The notes under the pieces: generated by a model | Seen by the model: only the letters and a program-made list of their open reading frames with translations | The model's database searches: none | Told to the model about the DNA's origin: nothing | Shown: positions 46,438 through 56,227 of the stretch, one piece after another | Layout: each line of letters starts with the position of its first letter | Numbering within the stretch: the first letter of the stretch is position 1 | Assembly (NCBI GenBank): GCA_026396275.1 | Contig: JAPLXC010000019.1 | Location: forward strand, 355 to 64,354 | Length of the DNA stretch: 64,000 bases | From: Candidatus Moraniibacteriota bacterium | GTDB lineage: Bacteria; Patescibacteriota; Minisyncoccia; Moranbacterales; JAPLXC01 | Direction of reading: 5' to 3' | Made by a program: the position numbers and the translations under genes

Positions 46438-46472
46438 TTTTCTACCTCCTCTTTTTTTATAATATTTTTTAC

Positions 46473-46556
46473 TGTCATCCTGAACGCAGTGAAGGATCCT
46501 TGAATAATACAGCAAGTGATATTTAGGACGGGATTCTTCGCTTTGCTCAGAATGAC
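46473..46556. repeat. GTCAT...ATGAC REP-like element
   Basis: GTCATCCTGAACGCAGTGAAGGATCC...GGATTCTTCGCTTTGCTCAGAATGAC. Confidence 0.88.
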
Positions 46557-46577
46557 TTTATTTTAACGAACTCACCA

Positions 46578-47171
46578 TTATACCAACTCCTTCCGATTTG
46601 TCAAGGCCTCACTTAAAGTTATCTCATCGGCGTATTCAATGTCGCCGCCCGTGGAAAGTCCCCGTGCCAGGCGGGTAATTTTGATTTTTAGCGGTTGGAG
46701 TTTACGTTTGACGTAGAGTGTTGTTATGTCGCCTTCGGTAGTCGGATTGGTGGCGATAATGACTTCTTTAATTTTCTCGTCTTTGATGCGTTTCAGCAGC
46801 TGTGGTATTTTTAGGTCCTGTTGCGCTCCGGAAAGGGGAGAATCAATCGTTCCTCCCAGCACGTGGTAAAGCCCCCGGTACGCTTTTGTCTTTTCAATGG
46901 AGATAATATCCAGCGGTTCCTCAACAATGCAGATCGCGCCTCGTTCGCGATGAGCGTCTTTGCAAATTTCACAAAGATCTCCTTCGGAGATATTAAAACA
47001 CTGCCGGCAGCTTTTAAGATTTTGTATCCCTTCAAGATTTTCGGCGAAGTCCTTAATTTTTTCTTTGTCCTGCTTGAACAAAAACAAAACCAGCCGCTCG
47101 GCCATTTTTGGACCGACAGAAGGCAATGAAGCGAAGTTTTCTATTAGTTTTCGAAATGGCTTAGGAAACAC
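46578..47171 (-). CDS. recR: Recombination protein RecR
   Basis: LPSVGPKMAERL, C4 zinc finger, YHVLGG, ATNPTTEG, GGDIEYAD. Confidence 0.97.
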   Translation of the reverse strand: MFPKPFRKLIENFASLPSVGPKMAERLVLFLFKQDKEKIKDFAENLEGIQNLKSCRQCFNISEGDLCEICKDAHRERGAICIVEEPLDIISIEKTKAYRGLYHVLGGTIDSPLSGAQQDLKIPQLLKRIKDEKIKEVIIATNPTTEGDITTLYVKRKLQPLKIKITRLARGLSTGGDIEYADEITLSEALTNRKELV

Positions 47172-47173
47172 AA

Positions 47174-47301
47174 ATTTTAGTGAATTTTGAATTGAGAATT
47201 TAGAATTTTGAATGGGAATACTGAATAAATAATTTAGATTCTATTTCCAATATTCTATATTCCAATTCTAAATTCCATATTCCAAATTCACAATTCTAAA
47301 A
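47174..47301. repeat. Bipartite heptamer inverted repeat (GAATTTT-type / ATTCYAA-type)
   Basis: gaattttgaattgagaatttagaattttgaat...attccaattctaaattccatattccaaattcacaattc. Confidence 0.8.
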
Positions 47302-48660
47302 TTACTCAGTATGCGTTCTCTCCAACGACCTAAATGTTGTGCTTGTTTCATCGAAAAACAGCGACACCCGCCCCAGCGGGCCGTTTCGGTGCTTGGAGAC
47401 GATGACTTCCACGATATTCTTGTTGGGGGTATCTGGTTTTTCCCGGTCTTCCCGGTAAAGGAAAAGCACCACGTCGGCGTCCTGCTCAATGGAACCGGAC
47501 TCGCGAAGGTCAGAGAGTTTGGGAATCTGGGGAGAGCGAGATTCAACGGCGCGGGACAATTGAGAAATAGCCAGAACCGGAGTGTTAATTTCCCGAGCCA
47601 GATTTTTGAGAGAGCGCGATATTTCGGAAATTTCTTGAACCCGGTTTTCCGTGCGGCGCCCCTCCATCAATTGAAGATAATCAATGATAATAAGCCCCAG
47701 TTTATGTTCGGACTGGAGGCGCCTGGCCATTGTTCGCATCTCAAGCACATTGGCAGTGGCGGTATCGTCAATGAAAATCGGCGCTTCAGAAAGGATTCCC
47801 ATCGCGTCGCCGATGCGCTGAAAGTCATTTTGTTCGGGATCACTACGGAGCCGTCCGGTGCGCAATCGCCACAGATCCACTCCTGACTGAGCCGCCAGCA
47901 GCCGGTCGATTAACTGATCGGAAGACATTTCCAGAGAAAAGATCCCCACTGGTATTTTATGTTTCACGGCTGCATAGCGGGCGATGTCCAATGAAAGTGC
48001 TGTTTTTCCGATAGAGGGGCGAGAGGCGAGAATCACAAGATCTGATTTTTGCAGTCCCGCCAGAATATTATCCAAATCGGGAAATCCGGTTGGTACGCCG
48101 CGCAGCGTGTGCTCCTCCCGATGAAGTTCATCAATGCGGTTGAAGGCCGCTTCCAGAATTGACCGGATGGGAATAAAATCCTGCTTGATGTATTTTTGCG
48201 AGATGCTGAATATTTTCTGTTCCGCTTCATCCATTATTTTGTCCACGTCTTCTCCTTCCCGGTAACCCATTTCCACTACTTCACTGGCAGCGGTAATGAG
48301 TCGCCGCAGGAGCGATTTTTTCTGCACCACTTTGGCGTAGTGCACCACATTGGAAGCCGAAGGAACAGTATTGACAAGAGACGCCAGATAACTTGAGCCG
48401 CCGATTTCATCCAGCTTCTTTTTTTCTTCCAGCTTATTGGACAAACTCAAAACATCAATCGGCTCGCGCTCTTCATAAAGTTCCAGCATATTTTCATAAA
48501 TCACGTTGTGGTCGTCTTTGTAGAAATCCCCGACGCGGAGAAGATCAGCGATTTTGACAATCGCGTCTTTATCCAGCATCAAGGAACCCAGCACCGACTG
48601 CTCGGCTTCGATGTTGTGGGGAGAAACACGCAGGTTTTCGTTGGAAGTATTAGCTGCCAT
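47302..48660 (-). CDS. dnaB: Replicative DNA helicase
   Basis: PHNIEAEQSVLG, ASRPSIGKT, FSLEMS, IDYLQL, SQLSR, DLRESGSIEQDAD, KHRNGP. Confidence 0.98.
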   Translation of the reverse strand: MAANTSNENLRVSPHNIEAEQSVLGSLMLDKDAIVKIADLLRVGDFYKDDHNVIYENMLELYEEREPIDVLSLSNKLEEKKKLDEIGGSSYLASLVNTVPSASNVVHYAKVVQKKSLLRRLITAASEVVEMGYREGEDVDKIMDEAEQKIFSISQKYIKQDFIPIRSILEAAFNRIDELHREEHTLRGVPTGFPDLDNILAGLQKSDLVILASRPSIGKTALSLDIARYAAVKHKIPVGIFSLEMSSDQLIDRLLAAQSGVDLWRLRTGRLRSDPEQNDFQRIGDAMGILSEAPIFIDDTATANVLEMRTMARRLQSEHKLGLIIIDYLQLMEGRRTENRVQEISEISRSLKNLAREINTPVLAISQLSRAVESRSPQIPKLSDLRESGSIEQDADVVLFLYREDREKPDTPNKNIVEVIVSKHRNGPLGRVSLFFDETSTTFRSLERTHTE

Positions 48661-48917
48661 AAGTGAACTTAGTATACAATAGCAATGATAAAAATCAACC
48701 TTGCATTATGCGCAGTTTGTGCAGTATTTATTGACTTTTATAAGTCAGCTTGAAATTAAAGTTCTCCTAAATTTAACTTTAGGATTTATATAACACTTTT
48801 AATATTTGACAAGTTATATAAAGTATGATTGAATAGGATGCCACAGTACATTAAAAGCAAATTTAGCAGAAAGGTTCCGCTTTGCGGAATTAAAAAAAGA
48901 AAAATAGGAGGATAAAG

Positions 48918-49508
48918 GTGAAAAAATTTGGGTTGCTAGTAATATTAGCTATTGCTATTTCATTTGCAACTGTATCAAATGCGCAGGGTGAAGTTGAATA
49001 TGCTTATATGAATGGTTCGGATTATTCATTCGAAAGAATTGAATGGCCTGCCGGAGTTTCAGTGGAAGTTTCCATAGGCAAAGTGCAACAGTATGGAGGC
49101 GATTTGGTGGATGTTGTTTTTATCACGGCCTATGGTGCCGAAGAAATGGAAATCGTTGGAAATCTTGCTCCGCGATTCGACCAAAACTGGGGAGGATTCG
49201 AATTAGGGCCAATTTTTATGGAGCAATTGGCAGATGGCAGTATACATCCCATTTCCATGTACGTTAGTAATAAGAAAGAAGCACTTCCATTCCAGAAAAA
49301 AGGAAGTATATGGCAGACATACTTCATAAGGGAATGGCTTTGCAGGAATACGGATGGATATACGCTTTCGCTAGTGTTACATGATTATGCGATACGGCAC
49401 GATTACGAGATAGATCTTGATTTAACGCAAAATTATTTTGTAGCCGGCAACGGAGTTGAAAAGCATATCTCAGCACATGGCCCGACAATGATTACGGTTT
49501 GTAAATAA
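48918..49508 (+). CDS. Exported hypothetical protein
   Basis: SD AGGAGG, GTG start, signal peptide, terminator-like hairpin downstream. Confidence 0.75.
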   Translation: MKKFGLLVILAIAISFATVSNAQGEVEYAYMNGSDYSFERIEWPAGVSVEVSIGKVQQYGGDLVDVVFITAYGAEEMEIVGNLAPRFDQNWGGFELGPIFMEQLADGSIHPISMYVSNKKEALPFQKKGSIWQTYFIREWLCRNTDGYTLSLVLHDYAIRHDYEIDLDLTQNYFVAGNGVEKHISAHGPTMITVCK

Positions 49509-49624
49509 TAGTAAAAGCAGGTTTGCGCCGAGTCGCGAACCTGCTTTTCAATTACTTTGAAAATCTCCTAAAGTTCAACTTTAAATGAAAAAGAGTGAGC
49601 GCTGTTAAGATCTGCTCACTCTTT

Positions 49625-50095
49625 TTAAGTTGCCTTTCGTTTTCTTCTCTTTAGTGCAAATTTCAGGCCAACCGATGTAACGATAATTGAGATTAGTATG
49701 AATTTCAAGGGTATTCCTCCTAAATTTACAAGAGCGGCGTAGCCCAGCAATGGAATTCTAAAAAAATATATCCCCCTCACATAGGAAATCAGGACTACCT
49801 CAGAATCATTGTTAGCGTCTCCCTTGGCAATGATATACTGATCTGAGACCCAAAGCACTCTGTGCAGTACTTCATAGTAGGAGTTAAGTTTATAATAGAC
49901 AATATCTCCTATCTCAATTTTCTCAGGTCGGCTTATCAATCTGGTTACTATTAAATCACCTTCTTTCAAAGTCGGGTGCATGCTCTCGCTGCAAAATGAG
50001 CGAATCTCATATTTACCGGAGAAGCGGAAAAAACAGAGGCAGGCAATAAAGATTATAAGAATTGCCGTAATAAAATACCTGAAGTATTTTTTCAT
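49625..50095 (-). CDS. Second SipW-type signal peptidase I
   Basis: SESMHPTL..GDL, GDIV.Y, VLHRV, AKGDAN, IPLLGY; SD GGAGG. Confidence 0.85.
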   Translation of the reverse strand: MKKYFRYFITAILIIFIACLCFFRFSGKYEIRSFCSESMHPTLKEGDLIVTRLISRPEKIEIGDIVYYKLNSYYEVLHRVLWVSDQYIIAKGDANNDSEVVLISYVRGIYFFRIPLLGYAALVNLGGIPLKFILISIIVTSVGLKFALKRRKRKAT

Positions 50096-50152
50096 TTTTC
50101 CCTCCAAAACGTCCTTATTTTTTTTGAAAAGATCTAAAAGCAGTGGCGGTTT

Positions 50153-51577
50153 TTAGCTTTTTGGTTTTATTTTATATCCCTCTCTTACGTCTTCTATTAA
50201 ATATCCTTTTTCTTCAATTTTTTTCCTTATATTATCAGCTTTCTGGAAATCTTTATCCATTCTAGCAGTTTCTCTTTCCTCGGCAAGTTTTCTAATATCT
50301 CCAGGAATTTCAATTTTCTCTTTTTTAATGACAAAACCAAAAACTTTATTCATTTTTTCCCAAACATTAAGATATTCCTTAGCTTCATCAGCTCCTAACT
50401 TATTATCTTGAATTTTTTTGTTAGCTTCTGTTATCAGCTCGTATAAAACCGCCAGAGCCACCGGGGTGTTTAAGTCATCATTCATCGCCTCCTCAAACTT
50501 TTTTTCATATGAAGCCAAATTAAGACCGGAAGCCGATTTGGAGGTTGAACCTCCAAATCCGGTTTTCAGGATGGAAACAAAGTCGGAAATTCTCTGTAGG
50601 TTTACTCTGGCTTGTTGAAGAGCATCTTCAGTATAGTTTGTGACACTCCGGTAATGGGAACTCAAAATCCAAAGTCGTACCACCATCGGATCGTATTTTT
50701 TGAGGGCGTCTTTAATATAGACAAAATTTCCTAGGGACTTTCCCATTTTCTCGCCGCTCACCGTCACCATATTCCAGAGCGTCCAAAAATTGGCCATTGG
50801 TTTTCCCAAGAAGGCCTCGCTCTGGGCAATTTCATTTTCATTGTGAGGGAAAACGTTTTCATTTCCGCCGCCGTGAATGTCAAAAGTATCCTGGCCGAGA
50901 AGATCATAAGACATCACCGAACACTCAATATGCCAGCCGGGATATCCCACCCCCCAGGGACTTTCCCATTTTAAAATGTGCTCTTTGGGCGCTTTTATCC
51001 AAAGGGCAAAATCCAAAGGATTTTTTTTGTCGGGATTCACTTCCACGCGGGCGCCGGCAATAAGGTTCTCCTTTTTCTTGCCGGAAAGCTTTCCGTAATC
51101 GGGGAATTTCTCCACCGAAAAATAAACCGATCCGTTTACTTCATAAGCATATCCTTTTTTAATCAGTCCCTGAACAAAATTAATAATCTGGGCAATATAT
51201 TTCGTCGGTCGGGGATTAAAATGAGCCGGCTTGATATTGAGAGAGCGAAAATCATCTTGGCAGGACTGAATGAAGCGGTTGGCGATTTCCATCGGATCAA
51301 CTTTTTCCGTTTTGGCTTTCTTCTCAACTTTATCTTCGCCAATTTCCGCGTCCGCCACTAAATGCCCCACATCGGTATAGTTCATAATATGACGCACTTC
51401 AAATCCGGAATATTCCAGATAACGGCGCAGCACGTCCATCATCGTATAGCCGCGGGCGTGCCCCAGATGGCAGTGATCGTAAACCGTCGGACCGCAGACA
51501 TAAAGGCCGGCCTTGCCGGGATGGATAGGGTTAAAAATCTCTTTTTTCTTCGTTAAAGTGTTATAAAGTTTTAGCAT
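50153..51577 (-). CDS. cysS: Cysteine--tRNA ligase
   Basis: YVCGPTVYD..HLGH, GYPGWHIECS, FPHNENE, KMGKSLGN. Confidence 0.98.
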   Translation of the reverse strand: MLKLYNTLTKKKEIFNPIHPGKAGLYVCGPTVYDHCHLGHARGYTMMDVLRRYLEYSGFEVRHIMNYTDVGHLVADAEIGEDKVEKKAKTEKVDPMEIANRFIQSCQDDFRSLNIKPAHFNPRPTKYIAQIINFVQGLIKKGYAYEVNGSVYFSVEKFPDYGKLSGKKKENLIAGARVEVNPDKKNPLDFALWIKAPKEHILKWESPWGVGYPGWHIECSVMSYDLLGQDTFDIHGGGNENVFPHNENEIAQSEAFLGKPMANFWTLWNMVTVSGEKMGKSLGNFVYIKDALKKYDPMVVRLWILSSHYRSVTNYTEDALQQARVNLQRISDFVSILKTGFGGSTSKSASGLNLASYEKKFEEAMNDDLNTPVALAVLYELITEANKKIQDNKLGADEAKEYLNVWEKMNKVFGFVIKKEKIEIPGDIRKLAEERETARMDKDFQKADNIRKKIEEKGYLIEDVREGYKIKPKS

Positions 51578-51664
51578 TTAGCTTTATTAGCTTTATTAGC
51601 TTTATTAGCTTGTTAGCGAAAGTTAATCTAATAAAGCTAACCAAGCTGAAAGCTAAGAAGCTAA
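51578..51664. repeat. 9-bp periodic inverted repeat (TTAGCTTTA / TAAAGCTAA)
   Basis: ttagctttattagctttattagctttattagc...taaagctaaccaagctgaaagctaagaagctaa; relative at 56494-56580. Confidence 0.85.
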
Positions 51665-52573
51665 TTATAGCCATTTTCGCAGTTTGAAAATCGTAATTGT
51701 GAGAAAAGAAATAAAAAGCATAATGGAGGTATGGATCCAGAAGCCGTAGGGATTTTTTCCGAAAGGGATATCAGCGCTCATTGCCAGGATATTAGAGTAC
51801 ACCGTCATTGGAAGCATTATGGCGGAGAAAATAGTGAGCACTTTCATGGTGAGATCGAGTTTGTTGGAAAGCAGTGAATTGTTCGTTTCTTCGAGCGATT
51901 CTATGGTTTCTTTCTTACTTTCCAGGTCGTTCCAAATCCGGGTGTTAGTGCCGATAAGATCATAAAAATAGGGCTTTAATTCTTTAGGGATAAGAGGAGA
52001 GTCCTTTTGAACAAGGGATTCCAAAATTGACCGCTGGGGCTTGAGCGTTCTTCTGAAATTGAGAATATCTCTTTTAACTACCGATATTTCAAAAACCATT
52101 TCTTTTTCTTTTCCGGCGAAAACGTCTTTTTCAATACGATCGAGATTTTCAGAAATGTGATCGAGCCGGGGAAAGCAGGATTCAAAAAGAAGCTCAAGAA
52201 GATTGTAGAGCAGATGAGCCGGGGTCTTGTCCATATAAAGGCGCCGTTTCCCCTCGCTTTCGGAAAGGGTGTCAAAAAAGTCGCTCAACTGGTAGATGTT
52301 GTTGGCATGCCCGGTGATTAAACAATTTTTCGTAATCACAATGTCCAGTTCTTCCGGATAAGTGGTTCTGGACGCAACGTCAAAAAGGGGAAGATGGACA
52401 GTAAGAAAAAGGCAGTTGTCGTACTGGGTCGCTTTGGGGCGGAAGGTAGGCGTGGTGAATTCCTCAATGGCCAAAGGATGAATGTTAAAGTTTTCCTGGA
52501 GATACAAAATATCATCCGCCGAGGGATTTTCAAAATCAATCCAGGTTATATCTTTGAATTTTACTGACTTCAT
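51665..52573 (-). CDS. corA: CorA-family Mg2+/Co2+ transporter
   Basis: WIDFENP, FNIHPLAIEE, MKVLTIFS, two C-terminal TMs, KLRKWL; the GMN signature reads AMS. Confidence 0.88.
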   Translation of the reverse strand: MKSVKFKDITWIDFENPSADDILYLQENFNIHPLAIEEFTTPTFRPKATQYDNCLFLTVHLPLFDVASRTTYPEELDIVITKNCLITGHANNIYQLSDFFDTLSESEGKRRLYMDKTPAHLLYNLLELLFESCFPRLDHISENLDRIEKDVFAGKEKEMVFEISVVKRDILNFRRTLKPQRSILESLVQKDSPLIPKELKPYFYDLIGTNTRIWNDLESKKETIESLEETNNSLLSNKLDLTMKVLTIFSAIMLPMTVYSNILAMSADIPFGKNPYGFWIHTSIMLFISFLTITIFKLRKWL

Positions 52574-52595
52574 GGCATGTTAAGTTTTATTTTTA

Positions 52596-52690
52596 TGTCA
52601 TTCCCGCGAAACTTGTCCTCGAGAAATCGGGGAGCGGGAATCCAGAAAACTTTTTTCTTTACTGGATTCCGCATCAAGTGCGGAATGACA
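52596..52690. repeat. TGTCAT...ATGACA element with a nested CTTG-tailed hairpin
   Basis: TGTCATTCCCGCGAAA[CTTG-TCCTCGA-GAAA-TCGGGGA]GCGGGAATCCAG...CTGGATTCCGCATCAAGTGCGGAATGACA. Confidence 0.9.
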
Positions 52691-52754
52691 TTAAGTTTAT
52701 CATACACCATTTTCTGCCTTGACGGAAGGGCGATAAACTGGTAGAGTGTTGATA

Positions 52755-52991
52755 ATGTTTAAAAAAGCATCGTTGTTGTTAATTCGGCTGTATCAGAGAA
52801 CATTATCGTTAGATCATGGTCTATTGTCCTATGTCTATTCCGAGCGATGGTGTCGGTTTCATCCGACCTGTTCGCAGTACACCTACGAAGCGATTGATAA
52901 ATTTGGAATAGTAAAAGGCGTGTGGCTCGGAATTAGAAGAATAGTAAGATGTCATCCCTGGAACGATGGAGGGTACGACCCGGTTCCATAG
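52755..52991 (+). CDS. yidD: Membrane protein insertion efficiency factor YidD
   Basis: [31 protein letters not shown]. Confidence 0.95.
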   Translation: MFKKASLLLIRLYQRTLSLDHGLLSYVYSERWCRFHPTCSQYTYEAIDKFGIVKGVWLGIRRIVRCHPWNDGGYDPVP

Positions 52992-53056
52992 CAACCATAA
53001 AGTTTCATAAATTTTATAGCTATTTGAAAATTCAGCTCTAAAGGAAGGAGATTTTA

Positions 53057-53242
53057 ATGAATGGATTATATGAAGCACCAAACTGCGAGCTGTTACTGAC
53101 AGAAATTTTCGGGGTAAAAGTTGAAGTTCCTGGCACGGCTTGCAACCCGAGATGTCAGAAAGAAATGTGTTCCAAGGTAAACCAAGTTTGCGGGGTTTGC
53201 CCGTGTTTGGCTTACTGTGTTCAGGAAGGATTAATAGAATAA
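53057..53242 (+). CDS. Small Cys-rich hypothetical protein
   Basis: SD AGGAG; eight Cys in 61 aa. Confidence 0.55.
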   Translation: MNGLYEAPNCELLLTEIFGVKVEVPGTACNPRCQKEMCSKVNQVCGVCPCLAYCVQEGLIE

Positions 53243-53266
53243 AACATAGCAAAAAAGGAGGAGAGT

Positions 53267-53563
53267 ATGAGAGATATTTTTGGGGGTTTTAAACCGACAG
53301 AAAGGGAAGAAACCAAGGGAAAAAATTTAGGAATAGAAATTGTTGATTACAGCAAATGGGCCGGGGCCGGCAGGGGAAAAGGCAGCGACTACCCGGCTGG
53401 CAAGAGTATTCACTCTGATGAGATGGGATTCATTTCTTATTGCCGTGTGGTTAGTGAATTCAAAAAGGACAAGGATGCGAGAGAAATTAATAATTCAGCC
53501 TCGTCGGAAACTAAAGAAGAGATCTGTTCGAAAATATGCAAACTCAACTGCTTCTTAAATTAA
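53267..53563 (+). CDS. Hypothetical protein
   Basis: SD AGGAGG; followed by hairpin ACCGCTTAGC...GCTAAGCGGT. Confidence 0.6.
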   Translation: MRDIFGGFKPTEREETKGKNLGIEIVDYSKWAGAGRGKGSDYPAGKSIHSDEMGFISYCRVVSEFKKDKDAREINNSASSETKEEICSKICKLNCFLN

Positions 53564-53687
53564 GGAATTAGTTATTTTTACACCGCTTAGCGCTAATGGC
53601 TAAGCGGTATTGTTTTTCTGGAGTGCTTTTTCATTTTGCAAAAAATATGGTAGAATAAATTAGCAGGTAATAATTAAAACAAACCAA

Positions 53688-54287
53688 ATGAAGAAAATTG
53701 CCGTTTTTGCGCTGGTAGTAGGATTGTCAATCTTTGTCGCCGGATGCAAAAAAACAAACCAAAATGATAACCAGGACCAGGGAGCAATACAGAAACAGGA
53801 AAAAGGCGGTGTTGTCAGTTCTATTAAGGACGCGATGGGTCTGGGCAAAAAAGTGAAATGCACGTATCGTTACGCAATTGCCGGACAAACAGATGAATCA
53901 GTAGTGTATATTGAAGGAAAAAAATACAAATCAAGCTATGAGATAGAAGGCCAGAAAACCAACAATTTTTTTGACGGAGAAATAAGCTACACCTGGACTG
54001 AAGGACAAAAGACCGGGACGAAAATTTCCATGGCCTGTCTTAAGGAAATCGGGGACTCATATAAAAGCGAAGAAAAGAACACTGGCCAAAATCAGAACCA
54101 ATTAAAAGCCGGGCAAGAAGCGTTTGAAAACGCGGTTGACACAAAATGCGAACCAACTAATGAGGATATTTCACTTCCCATTGACATAACTTTTACTGAC
54201 CAGTGCGATCAAATGAAAGGGCAGATACAATCAATGCAGGAAATGATGAAAAAATATCAGAATATGGGACAGGGTGCCGGACAATAA
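53688..54287 (+). CDS. Putative lipoprotein
   Basis: MKK-hydrophobic-FVAGC lipobox; terminator AAGAGCCCG-CAAAAA-CGGGCTCTTTT downstream. Confidence 0.85.
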   Translation: MKKIAVFALVVGLSIFVAGCKKTNQNDNQDQGAIQKQEKGGVVSSIKDAMGLGKKVKCTYRYAIAGQTDESVVYIEGKKYKSSYEIEGQKTNNFFDGEISYTWTEGQKTGTKISMACLKEIGDSYKSEEKNTGQNQNQLKAGQEAFENAVDTKCEPTNEDISLPIDITFTDQCDQMKGQIQSMQEMMKKYQNMGQGAGQ

Positions 54288-54374
54288 AAAATCCTTGATT
54301 TGCCAAGAGCCCGCAAAAACGGGCTCTTTTGTATTGAAATATTGACCCATTTTCAGAGTAGTATATAATCACAA

Positions 54375-54401
54375 TTAGCACTCGGACTTGACGACTGCTA
54401 A
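54375..54401 (+). promoter_or_regulatory. CIRCE operator upstream of hrcA
   Basis: TTAGCACTC-N9-GACTGCTAA, just after TTGACC-N16-TATAAT (54342-54369). Confidence 0.93.
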
Positions 54402-54435
54402 TGGAAGGTTTATAATGGAAATATAAAGTTAAGAA

Positions 54436-54503
54436 TGTCATCCTGAACTTGTTTCAGGATCTAATGATATCGGATTAGATTCCGGATCAAGTCCGGAATG
54501 ACA
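54436..54503. repeat. TGTCAT...ATGACA element in the hrcA 5' UTR
   Basis: TGTCATCCTGAACTTGTTTCAGGATCT...AGATTCCGGATCAAGTCCGGAATGACA. Confidence 0.9.
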
Positions 54504-54511
54504 AGCCAAAA

Positions 54512-55255
54512 ATGAACACTCGTCAGAAAAAAATTCTATCCGCCGTCATTGAGGAATATACCAATACTGCTATTCCGGTGGCTTCGGAATTATTGGTAAA
54601 AAAATATAATGTCAAAATGAGCCCGGCGACGATTAGAAATGATATGAATGAACTGGAAAAAGACGACTTGCTCTATCAGCCGCATATCAGCGCCGGAAGA
54701 ATTCCCACCGATAAGGGCTATCGCTATTTCGTGGAGGAGATAATGAAGGACCGCGAGCTTTCCAAAGAGGATCAAAATAAATTACAGAGAGAATTACTGA
54801 AGCTTAAGGGTCAAAATAAAAGGATCACCAAGACCACAGCGAAATTACTTTCTATTCTAAGCGGAAATTTAGCGGTAAGCGGACTTTTGAAAAAAGAAGA
54901 ATTTTCCGAATTCGGGATGTTGGAACTGCTGGCTGAACCGGAATTTAAAAAACTGGATGAGGTCTGCCGTCTGGTTGAAGTGATGGATTCTATTGACGAG
55001 AATGTTGATAAATTAACCAGGGGTTTGAGAATAGGGGAGACAAAAATTTTCATCGGCAAAGAAAATCCGCTGGCAAAAATGCCCAACTGCGCGATGATGG
55101 TGTCGCCCTATAAATTAAAAACCGGAGAAAAAGGAGTGCTGGCTCTCATTGGCCCTAAAAGGATGGAATACGCCAAAAATAAGTCGCTAATTGAGTATAT
55201 GAAGAAGTTGTTGAGTTCGGCGGTAGTAGTAATATTAGTGGTAAATTTATTGTAA
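54512..55255 (+). CDS. hrcA: Heat-inducible transcription repressor HrcA (short form)
   Basis: RQKKIL...EY...A.PVAS, SPATIRNDM, QPHISAGRIPTDKGYRYFV, IGPKRMEY. Confidence 0.96.
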   Translation: MNTRQKKILSAVIEEYTNTAIPVASELLVKKYNVKMSPATIRNDMNELEKDDLLYQPHISAGRIPTDKGYRYFVEEIMKDRELSKEDQNKLQRELLKLKGQNKRITKTTAKLLSILSGNLAVSGLLKKEEFSEFGMLELLAEPEFKKLDEVCRLVEVMDSIDENVDKLTRGLRIGETKIFIGKENPLAKMPNCAMMVSPYKLKTGEKGVLALIGPKRMEYAKNKSLIEYMKKLLSSAVVVILVVNLL

Positions 55256-55260
55256 TAAAA

Positions 55261-55289
55261 TGTTATTCCGGGCTTGACCCGGAATCCAG
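55261..55289. repeat. Half copy of the TGTCAT element
   Basis: TGTTATTCCGGGCTTGACCCGGAATCCAG. Confidence 0.8.
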
Positions 55290-55325
55290 AAAAATAAAGA
55301 CGTGAGAAAGAGTAACGACAAAATT

Positions 55326-55895
55326 ATGACCAAGAAAAAAGAAAAAGAAGAAGATGTAATAAAGGAACAGGATATTGAAAAAGCCGCTAAAGAAGAAATT
55401 GAACTTGCTGAAGGCGAGGTTGAGGCGGAAAAGATCGACAAAAAGGTGCACGAAGAACTGATAAAAACAGCAGAAAATTATATTTCCGGCTGGAAACGCT
55501 GCCAAGCCGATTTTGAAAATTATAAAAAAGACCAGGCGCGAAGAATGGAGGAATTTCGAGAGTTCGCCACTCTGGACTTTGTGTTCCAAATTTTTCCGGT
55601 GTTAGATAGTTTTGAAAGTTCACTCACTCATGTTCCTGAAGACCAGAAAGAAAGCGCGTGGGTCGGCGGGATATTGCATATAAAAAAGCAGCTAGAAGAG
55701 CTTTTAAGGAATAATAAGGTAGAGGAGATTGAAGCCAGAGCCGGAGATGAGTTTAATCCGGAGGTGCATGAAGCCGTAAAACAGGAATCAGGAATCGCGA
55801 ATCAGGAATCAGGAAATAAAATAAGTAAAGTTTTGCAGAAAGGATACAAAATGGAAAAAAGAGTGATTAGACCGGCAAGAGTAATAGTAGAATAA
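55326..55895 (+). CDS. grpE: Nucleotide exchange factor GrpE
   Basis: RCQADFENYKK, PVLDSF, FNPEVHEAV, QKGY...VIRPARV. Alternative GTG start at 55302. Confidence 0.96.
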   Translation: MTKKKEKEEDVIKEQDIEKAAKEEIELAEGEVEAEKIDKKVHEELIKTAENYISGWKRCQADFENYKKDQARRMEEFREFATLDFVFQIFPVLDSFESSLTHVPEDQKESAWVGGILHIKKQLEELLRNNKVEEIEARAGDEFNPEVHEAVKQESGIANQESGNKISKVLQKGYKMEKRVIRPARVIVE

Positions 55896-56008
55896 CCCGC
55901 GAATAAAAATAGTTCATTTTAAAATAAAATAAAAAAGCCCGATTCGCTCTAAATTTCTATATTGGTTTGTGAACCCGTTAGAAAGTTAGGCGAACCGAGC
56001 TGGGACAG

Positions 56009-56203
56009 CTACGAGTTTTCAGGATTAAAACCGTAGAGCTTTTTCATTAGTTTTCGCAAGCGAGGACTAACGCCCTTGTTTATTTTGTTAAGAAATTTTT
56101 CGCCGCCATCACCGAGAAGATCGGTGCGAACGGCATTAATTTTCTTTTTCATTGGGAGCGGGTTCCGGACAAGTTTGTCACGAACTGGTAAATCGTCAAA
56201 CAT
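56009..56203 (-). CDS. Small hypothetical protein antisense to the chaperone operon
   Basis: SD GGAGGTG before the ATG. Confidence 0.55.
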   Translation of the reverse strand: MFDDLPVRDKLVRNPLPMKKKINAVRTDLLGDGGEKFLNKINKGVSPRLRKLMKKLYGFNPENS

Positions 56204-56227
56204 TTTTCACCTCCGTTTGCACTAGGA

